Under the pieces are notes generated by a model, which was not told the DNA's origin, made no database searches, and saw only the letters and a program-made list of their open reading frames with translations. This document shows positions 20,801 through 24,000 of a stretch of DNA of 24,000 bases, in pieces (the first letter of the stretch is position 1; each line of letters starts with the position of its first letter). Source of the DNA: Aureispira sp. (GTDB lineage Bacteria; Bacteroidota; Bacteroidia; Chitinophagales; Saprospiraceae); contig JBGCDW010000054.1 of assembly GCA_045105775.1 (NCBI GenBank), positions 27,559-51,558 on the forward strand, in the 5' to 3' direction. A program made the translations under genes and the position numbers.

Positions 20801-22798
20801 CTGTATTGGGTATCTGTTACCGATGCCAATGGCTGTTCGGACACCGCTCAAGTACAATTGGCTGCACCAACTCCCTTACAAGGATCGGCCAGTGTTACGG
20901 GTACGATTGATTGTGCTGGGGGCAATGATGGCAGTGCAGCAGCGACCGCCTCAGGGGGCACCCTTCCTTATAGTTATGCTTGGAGTACAGGCGACACCAC
21001 TGCCACAACGACAACCTTGACGGTAGGCAGCCACCAAGTTACCATTACAGATGCCAATGGCTGTTCAGTCACGGCTAGTGTCAACTTGGGCGAACCCAAT
21101 CCAATTGTGCTCATTAGTTCAGCGACTAATGTGAGTTGTTTTGGGGGCAATAATGGTACAGCCAATGTCATTGCTCAAGCAGGCACCTTGCCCTATTCTT
21201 ACTTGTGGTCCAATGGCCAAACAAACAGTACAGCCACAACACTAACGGCTGGCATCCATTATGTCACAGTTACCGATGCCAATGGTTGTTCTCAAATAGA
21301 TTCTCAACTCATCACACAACCTAGCCCAATTGCCATTACATTTAGTAATATCATTGATATTGATTGTGTTAACCATCTAACAGGCACTGCGACAGCTACT
21401 GTAACGGGAGGAGTGGGTGTTTATCGTTACCAATGGAATGGAGTCCCCAATGCTACGGCTACGGCCACCAACCTACTGTATGGTTGGAATGAATTGGTCG
21501 TCTCGGATGCCAATGGTTGCACACAGTTGGATTCGGTCTTTATCAATACGCCCAATCCTATGACCACCACTGCTATTGGTTTAGATGCAGGTTGTTTTGG
21601 GGCTACAGATGGTGAAGGAGCCGTAACCGTTGCAGGCGGAACACCCCCCTATCAATACTTGTGGTCTACAGGAGCGACCAGCTCTGCTATCAACAATTTA
21701 GGAGCAGGTATTTATACCGTCACGGTTACAGATAGTATAGGTTGCTTTACAATAGAAACGGTTGTAATTGGTCAAAATGATCCTTTACAAGCTTTATTCT
21801 CACAGGTCACTGCACCTGATTGTAATAATGGAACAGAAGGTTCTATTACGGCCATTGTACAAGGAGGTTTGTCGCCTTACCAATTCATTTGGAGCACAGG
21901 GCAGCAGCTTATTGATAGCAGTACTTCTACGATTAATAATCTTGGAGCGGGCAACTATTTCTTGACCATTACCGATCAAGAAAATTGTTCTACCACCTTG
22001 GATACAAGCATTCTTGATCCTGCACGTTTGTCAGCTACGGCCAAAGGTTCTAGGTTGCAATGTTTTGGAGATAGTAGTGGTACGATCACAGTGGTCGCTT
22101 CTGGAGGAACAGCCCCCTACTTCTACAGCTTGAACGGCGGGCCTATTCAAAGCAGTGGCAGCTTTACCAACCTAAGCGCAGGTGCATACAATATTGTGGT
22201 GAATGATGCTGGAGGTTGTATATTTACAACTTCTGCAGCCGTTACACAAGCTGATTCGGTGCTACTAGATGTTACAGCTGACCAAAGTATTCGATTTGGA
22301 GAAACCGTTCAATTGTATGTTCGTTTACCCATCAACGCGCCCATCAATCCTGTCATTACTTGGACACCAGCCAATGGATTGAGTTGTACCAATTGTTTCC
22401 AGCCTATTGCACAGCCTTCGCGCTCTACTTTGTATACGGTAACGGTGACAGGAGATAATGGTTGTATCAGTACAGCCGATGTTTTTGTGGAGGTGGATAA
22501 TGATAAAGGGGTATTTGTACCTGATGCTTTTTCTCCCAATGGCGACCGCACCAATGATGTATTTATGCTGTACAGTGCTGGATCCGTAGAAGCTATTGAA
22601 GAATTTATGATCTTTGATCGTTGGGGCGAATTGGTTTGCTTGCACAACAATGTACAACCCAATTATCCAGCTTATGGTTGGGATGGCACCTTCTTGGGCC
22701 AACCTCTGAATGCAGGCGTATTTATTTACTACATCAAGGTGCGTTACTTTGATGGTACCACAGAGATTCTCAAAGGGGATGTGACCTTGATCCGATAA
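11819..22798 (+). CDS. Giant T9SS-secreted multi-repeat surface protein (SprB-like adhesin; gliding-motility-associated C-terminal domain)
   Basis: 3659-aa single ORF. Signal peptide 'MWNHRPLLLLGLLAALLTLGSTLTAQ'; ~10 N-terminal ~150-aa repeats; 23 SprB-like repeats ('GGTAPYSYLWSNGQTTATATNLxAGTYTVTVTDANGC'); C-terminal 'VFVPDAFSPNGDRTNDVFML...FMIFDRWGELV...YGWDGTFLGQPLNAGVFIYYIKVRYFDGTTEILKGDVTLIR', typical of a type-B T9SS CTD. Confidence 0.95.
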   Translation: MWNHRPLLLLGLLAALLTLGSTLTAQVTLTVRITSGSSTTTCTDGFFGGAPEPHWRVEIDGQGYTTYPRRGLCFTNAPNTQYSEVFNCSNRYPVDLPICLRAFEDDGGACIVNESCLEQICQNFATPAPGNTLNYTLSVNGSSSATVNFSITATGSFNLPGAAYNTICNAVNLGTLNSSSTIGNSNLSNYGNFCADNLGEPNPWGNNNDQGVWFQFTTSASPAAVIDIEAESDPQNIGNDIDLQIAIYESSNGTCSGTLSLLEDSYTGFGLLNDEDLSVNCLQPNTTYFILVDGERTNLINNGGQEGFFGLQIVDAGVLQAADEICDAEFLGLVPAGGAVATPNLSRSNVCATNTNDPNPGAWASDQTVWFRFQAPPTGHVIIEADSDPLLPLSNDPIDLQLALYGTNNNTCTGTLDFIASEYTPGLFGEDLDVRCLTPGQNYWILVDGSPLNVDGIFDITVRDGGIPPAPNDLSCDAIPLGAPGNGGTVGLNNQNNYCADNIFEPIPSNWGNDQGVWYTFIAPPSGKVEVRLDNGNIITGDNIDLQVAVYDLTGAVCTGVPNEIRSQHNGIGILWDETMEVECLEPGREYWILVDGEGSLIDPDLQEGTFDIEVFGDPRDLASPYDAPCNALALGDPTGGSIGTSPITNHGSQNNFCADAAGEPQPSGFTADQTVWYTFVAPSTGNVNIDLNSDAVLGGVDPINLQIAVWESPSCNGPWREEVSGDDLIYDVDLDVFCLTPGQVYYVQVDGAPPAILGGEEGYFDLTISEIPSIPVAPNDSICNAIALGNPFAGTVGVTNQQNLCADDLGDPNPSAFGTDQTVWYSFTTPATGGPFAVDIDANSSLPWPFGNRDAIDLQIAVFQSSNNTCTGVLTEVESSYSLLDLFDEQLNVACLEENRTYFVMVDGSFLDVQGYFDISISAATPVPIPTNDLICQHEDLGTVPIGGSLNNGVNYYNFCADVEPGEPSPFGIEQTVWFSFIAPNHPGLNATANVTISVESDPANVGNSVDLQLAVYESSNNTCTGAMTLLEEGSDDPTFSFDAEVNVTCLYPGRRYWVQVDGSIINQEGYFQIEVEDDGAGFRPPYNLICNAEPLGVVPNGGNINNGVNYTNLCSDTEPGEPNPNAFSIDKTVWFTFTAPASGNVTINAENDPNNIGDEIDLQLALYYSVNNTCSGPFLEVDSDHDIFNKDESLTVDCLEGGRLYFLQVDGSNGAFGDEDGWFTLEVTDDGGTSSFPYNNNICAARNFGIPLAPQTLNNESNECANVELGEPGAGSYATHTVWYEFVAPPSGRVEIEVTSSNIFLGMDPEVRLFSSSNNTCTGNLSQIERSNLPTALIPENIEANCLIPGNTYFIQVDGSGLVIEGQFNITIEAIFPNYGTGLAGDPEPSNNACDSAITLAVQSQSCLNASGTFTNLNYGYPTITYNPAFAQGCGGNCGATWYQFTMPASGNAVIEGNDDNIGGGIIGDFSDLVVAAYTGTCNNLTPIDCDQGGFTSDVSFQVAAAPGTTIWLQVFNDDGDDEGEEYQLCISEGCGFDDCLNALAVPMLPNVPYCFNTAGANGEDVAGGSAGYFECSEGDNPENSVYYYFVSDCNGSDVTLSVINAVSNGNCILGITPTDGFNISLFQDATPCDNNPDTLVDCQTFTSCDVQPVNWSQTYTGLSPNTPYIIQIDGGFGALGGDNVGEIMITTTTDPVVAPVSTPLSCSGLNNGTASAVTQGGVGPFTFLWSNNSTDSTATNLAAGTYFVTVTGSNGCFDTASVVVGNSTPLIATITNASDATCGNNCNGQASVTALGGSVATNYTYLWNDPNAQTTATATNLCAGTYTVTVYDDNACFDTTSVVINAPPPILIQVDSIRNIACGGTCDGQISLSASGGTAPNGYQYNWSTGATTAQISNLCAGNYTVTVADDNGCTDTLTIVLTQPSSVTLALTQQSNIDCNGDSTGSIAVIANNGTPNYTYNLYNNTGLLSSNTTGSFGNLPAQAYGILVQDDLGCTDSIAVVLTEPLALTLNLVSSSNSSCFGANDGAITVQGNGGTAPYSYALDGINFSVNNAFNNLVAGSYTITVRDSLNCNTTLALNLTEPAAIVLTNNNQTNASCGACDGTATVGASGGAGSFSYLWTSGETTPTATALCAGNNTVTVTDANGCTATAAFIIGNASGFTASASIDQAISCFGNCNGAVSIDAPTGGGSFTTLWNTGATTDSINNLCAGNYTATVTDANGCFVIQTINLVAPDSLTALAATLQDVSCVGNTDGQATVTINGGTGPYTILWDDNNANATNTALTAGLHTVTVTDARGCVATASTTIGSPTPLNISIQNTTASNCGTSGCDGTATVVVTGGQGSYTYLWNNGNTSPTPNDLCPNFNGVTVTDANGCTITASVLIPANSSLNLSLSNSTEPSCHRACDGSLTVVAAGGNNSSPYTFQWDDPSNQNTATASNLCAGTYRVTVSDIDGCTAAAAFTLGQPDSITINLSPTAASCAGVNNGRISSLAQGGTIPYSYQWSSGATTATLSNVGAGNYTLTLTDANGCTAIANAAVLDADSLITNTNIPTPYNGQQISCANGNDGQASVTVTGGTAPYSYLWINGDTTATTTGLQASTYPITITDANGCSTIDSVTLMHPPQIIANTQIISSYNGYNTSCYSSNDGVIVATATGGTGSYTYLWSDGQTGDTATALNGGTYALTVTDINGCFIVVTDSLTAPDRLEDTIVISQTVSCFGGNDGNATVIPTGGIAPYTYTWSTGSTTATANNLALGWHYVTITDLNTCFLIDSVYITEPDAIEPNLSATPINCANSADGSATATATGGTAPYQFLWSNNGTTATINNLTAGTYVVTITDDNSCTIVDSIVVAAPTAIIATAQQTQAISCPVTADAAATATATGGTIPYRFVWSTGATTATIQTLTAGSYQVTITDNNGCSDTASIVISDPAPLQVTVAADLIYNGQAISCAGAVDGQATVTATGGTGSYTYLWPDGQTTATATGLGPQLYWVSVTDANGCSDTAQVQLAAPTPLQGSASVTGTIDCAGGNDGSAAATASGGTLPYSYAWSTGDTTATTTTLTVGSHQVTITDANGCSVTASVNLGEPNPIVLISSATNVSCFGGNNGTANVIAQAGTLPYSYLWSNGQTNSTATTLTAGIHYVTVTDANGCSQIDSQLITQPSPIAITFSNIIDIDCVNHLTGTATATVTGGVGVYRYQWNGVPNATATATNLLYGWNELVVSDANGCTQLDSVFINTPNPMTTTAIGLDAGCFGATDGEGAVTVAGGTPPYQYLWSTGATSSAINNLGAGIYTVTVTDSIGCFTIETVVIGQNDPLQALFSQVTAPDCNNGTEGSITAIVQGGLSPYQFIWSTGQQLIDSSTSTINNLGAGNYFLTITDQENCSTTLDTSILDPARLSATAKGSRLQCFGDSSGTITVVASGGTAPYFYSLNGGPIQSSGSFTNLSAGAYNIVVNDAGGCIFTTSAAVTQADSVLLDVTADQSIRFGETVQLYVRLPINAPINPVITWTPANGLSCTNCFQPIAQPSRSTLYTVTVTGDNGCISTADVFVEVDNDKGVFVPDAFSPNGDRTNDVFMLYSAGSVEAIEEFMIFDRWGELVCLHNNVQPNYPAYGWDGTFLGQPLNAGVFIYYIKVRYFDGTTEILKGDVTLIR
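12320..16910 (+). repeat. Coding tandem array of ~150-aa domains (8 closely related + 2 divergent)
   Basis: Repeat-start Cys codons at 12320, 12794, 13244, 13706, 14168, 14627, 15092, 15551, 16004 and 16442 (spacing 438-474 nt). Shared pattern: 'C-A-LG...CA...GEP.P....DQTVWYTFxAPxSGxVxI...DPxNIGDxIDLQLAVYxSSNNTCTG...CLxPGxxYxIxVDG'. Confidence 0.9.
16920..22249 (+). repeat. Array of 23 SprB-like repeats within the giant gene
   Basis: 23 units of ~74-82 aa counted by eye, mostly ending in 'VTDANGC...' and starting with a proline-containing linker ('APxxL', 'EPxPI', 'QPDSI'). Confidence 0.9.
22505..22798 (+). other. T9SS type-B C-terminal sorting domain region of the giant protein
   Basis: 'KGVFVPDAFSPNGDRTNDVFMLYSAGSVEAIEEFMIFDRWGELVCLHNN...WDGTFLGQPLNAGVFIYYIKVRYFDGTTEILKGDVTLIR'. 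Confidence 0.93.
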
Positions 22799-22875
22799 AC
22801 ACACAGATAATTATTATATATATTAATGGTTATCACAAAATAAAAACCATCAACATCATCAACATGTGGGTGGCG

Positions 22876-22912
22876 CGGCAGTACAAAACACGTTTTTTGT
22901 GCTGCCGTTTTT
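22876..22912 (+). terminator. Rho-independent-type terminator downstream of the giant gene
   Basis: Arms cggcagtacaaaa (22876-22888) / ttttgtgctgccg (22895-22907): 13 pairs including one G-T wobble, followed by TTTTT. Confidence 0.75.
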
Positions 22913-23264
22913 GTATAACTAAGCATAAGCATCTAGTTTTGCCAGCCTTGATATCACCAATACAATAAATTGCTTAGAAGTTTTTCCTCCAACCATTATT
23001 CGCCTATTCTAAGCTTATTTCAACAATACAATAATGAAAAAATGTTTCAAAACGGAATCAAATCCGCCCTTTGTTTTCATTTTGAAAACAAAGTTCTTTT
23101 TTAAAAATTCATAAAACATTAACCATCATTCATTCTTCATTTTTGGCACTTTATTGGCATAGTGTAAAGCAACTTAACAAGTAAATAACTAAAAATTGAG
23201 TTTTATTGGGAAGTAAAATTCAATGGAAAGATAATAAATTTGGGTTTTAATTGGGGTGATTAAA

Positions 23265-23294
23265 GACTTAGAAAGTCGGGAAGCTTTCTAAGTC
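23265..23294. repeat. Hairpin A of a tandem pair
   Basis: gacttagaaag-tcgggaag-ctttctaagtc, 11-bp perfect stem. Confidence 0.85.
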
Positions 23295-23321
23295 TAACTT
23301 CAAAAAATCCAAACAAATTTT

Positions 23322-23365
23322 AAAAAAAGATCTAAAAAGTCGGGAAACTTTTTAGATCTTTTTTT
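23322..23365. terminator. Hairpin B of a tandem pair; terminator-like long A/T-flanked hairpin
   Basis: aaaaaaagatctaaaaagt-cgggaa-actttttagatcttttttt, 19-bp perfect stem ending in a poly-T run. Its central 30 nt (23329-23358) is homologous to hairpin A. Confidence 0.65.
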
Positions 23366-23555
23366 TTGTCCCTATTCCAACTGTAAATTTTCAGCTTTTT
23401 AACTACTTCCTAATAAATACCAGTCCCCTACAACTGGTGAATTATCTTTACATTAGTTATACGTACTGTTTTTATAAAAATCTAACTTGTACTTTTAGCT
23501 CAAAAAACTTACTTTTGGAGACATCATTATCTGACCCCAACGTACACTCTATTCC

Positions 23556-24000
23556 ATGAAAGTATTTTTTCTCTCCTTTTGTTTATTAATTATTGCCACA
23601 ATCACCCAAGCACAGCAAGAGCCTGTCTTGGACACCGTAGCCGTGCTCAACGCCCAAAAAGCACTAGAAGAAGCAGAAATTTTGTATAGCATAGAACATA
23701 TCAATTATGCCAAGGCTGCCCTAGAATTGAGTGTACTGTACATGCAAGTGCCTGATTTGGTATATGAATGGGAAGACATTGCTTTAGAATCCTTGTCCAA
23801 AATTCGACAAGAAGAAGGGGCAGAAAGCAGTGTTTACAAAGCATCTATTGCCAAGCTTCCCAAGCCACTCGATCAGCTATTTGATAGCCAATTGGCACTA
23901 GAAGAAGCCGAAGCCACTAAAAACGAAAACCCTGCTTTGTACGTCGAAAAGCTTTTCTGGCGAGCCAAGATTTTTATAGACAATGATGATTTAGAATCTT
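23556..24000 (+). CDS. Exported hypothetical protein, truncated by window end
   Basis: Open frame from ATG 23556 to the window edge, absent from the supplied ORF track: MKVFFLSFCLLIIATITQAQQEPVLDTVAVLNAQKALEEAEILYSIEHINYAKAALELSVLYMQVPDLVYEWEDIALESLSKIRQEEG... with a clear signal peptide. Confidence 0.75.
   Translation, partial: MKVFFLSFCLLIIATITQAQQEPVLDTVAVLNAQKALEEAEILYSIEHINYAKAALELSVLYMQVPDLVYEWEDIALESLSKIRQEEGAESSVYKASIAKLPKPLDQLFDSQLALEEAEATKNENPALYVEKLFWRAKIFIDNDDLES

Noticed and set aside
16920-22249. Possible CRISPR-like periodic repeats
   Set aside because: The periodicity is ~225-245 nt, in coding frame, degenerate, and explained by SprB-like protein repeats. There are no short identical repeats with unique spacers and no cas genes.
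12679-22804. Many antisense and alternative-frame ORFs inside the giant gene (e.g. 13097..13525 -, 19400..19843 -, 19886..20275 -, 22325..22804 -, 15114..15362 +)
   Set aside because: Their translations are low-complexity mirrors of the repetitive sense frame, with no recognisable domains. The sense frame has signal peptide, repeats and CTD in register across 11 kb.
1-24000. A dedicated anti-phage, secondary-metabolite or other multi-gene novel system
   Set aside because: Neighbouring genes are functionally unrelated housekeeping or accessory genes. No cluster of co-directional unknown genes with effector/sensor features was visible.

Overview
The window looks like a Bacteroidota (Saprospira/Aureispira-like) chromosomal segment. 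Most of it is ordinary: a C1B aminopeptidase C fragment, a SAM methyltransferase, a thioredoxin-like protein, a lipoprotein, an SDR/AraC pair, a Cys/Met-metabolism PLP enzyme, an AlkB-type hydroxylase, a TraB/GumN-like protein and a DEAD-box helicase. Nearly half of the window is one 3659-aa ORF (11819..22798). It encodes a giant secreted/surface protein with a signal peptide, a Cys-rich N-terminal module, about 10 repeats of a ~150-aa acidic beta-type domain, 23 SprB-like ~75-80-aa repeats and a T9SS type-B sorting domain. The less ordinary signals are: (i) an accessory cysteine set that appears or disappears together in 6 of 23 SprB-like repeats; (ii) two tandem 30-nt hairpins at 23265-23358 with a near-identical loop and compensatory stem changes; (iii) an IS200/Y1-type transposase relic whose expected catalytic Tyr reads Cys and whose C-terminus is cut by an in-frame TAG, next to a REP/IS-end-like hairpin; (iv) a PIN/VapC toxin C-terminal remnant. 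I found no CRISPR array and no convincing multi-gene defence or novel enzymatic system. All identifications come from reading motifs, with no database searches.
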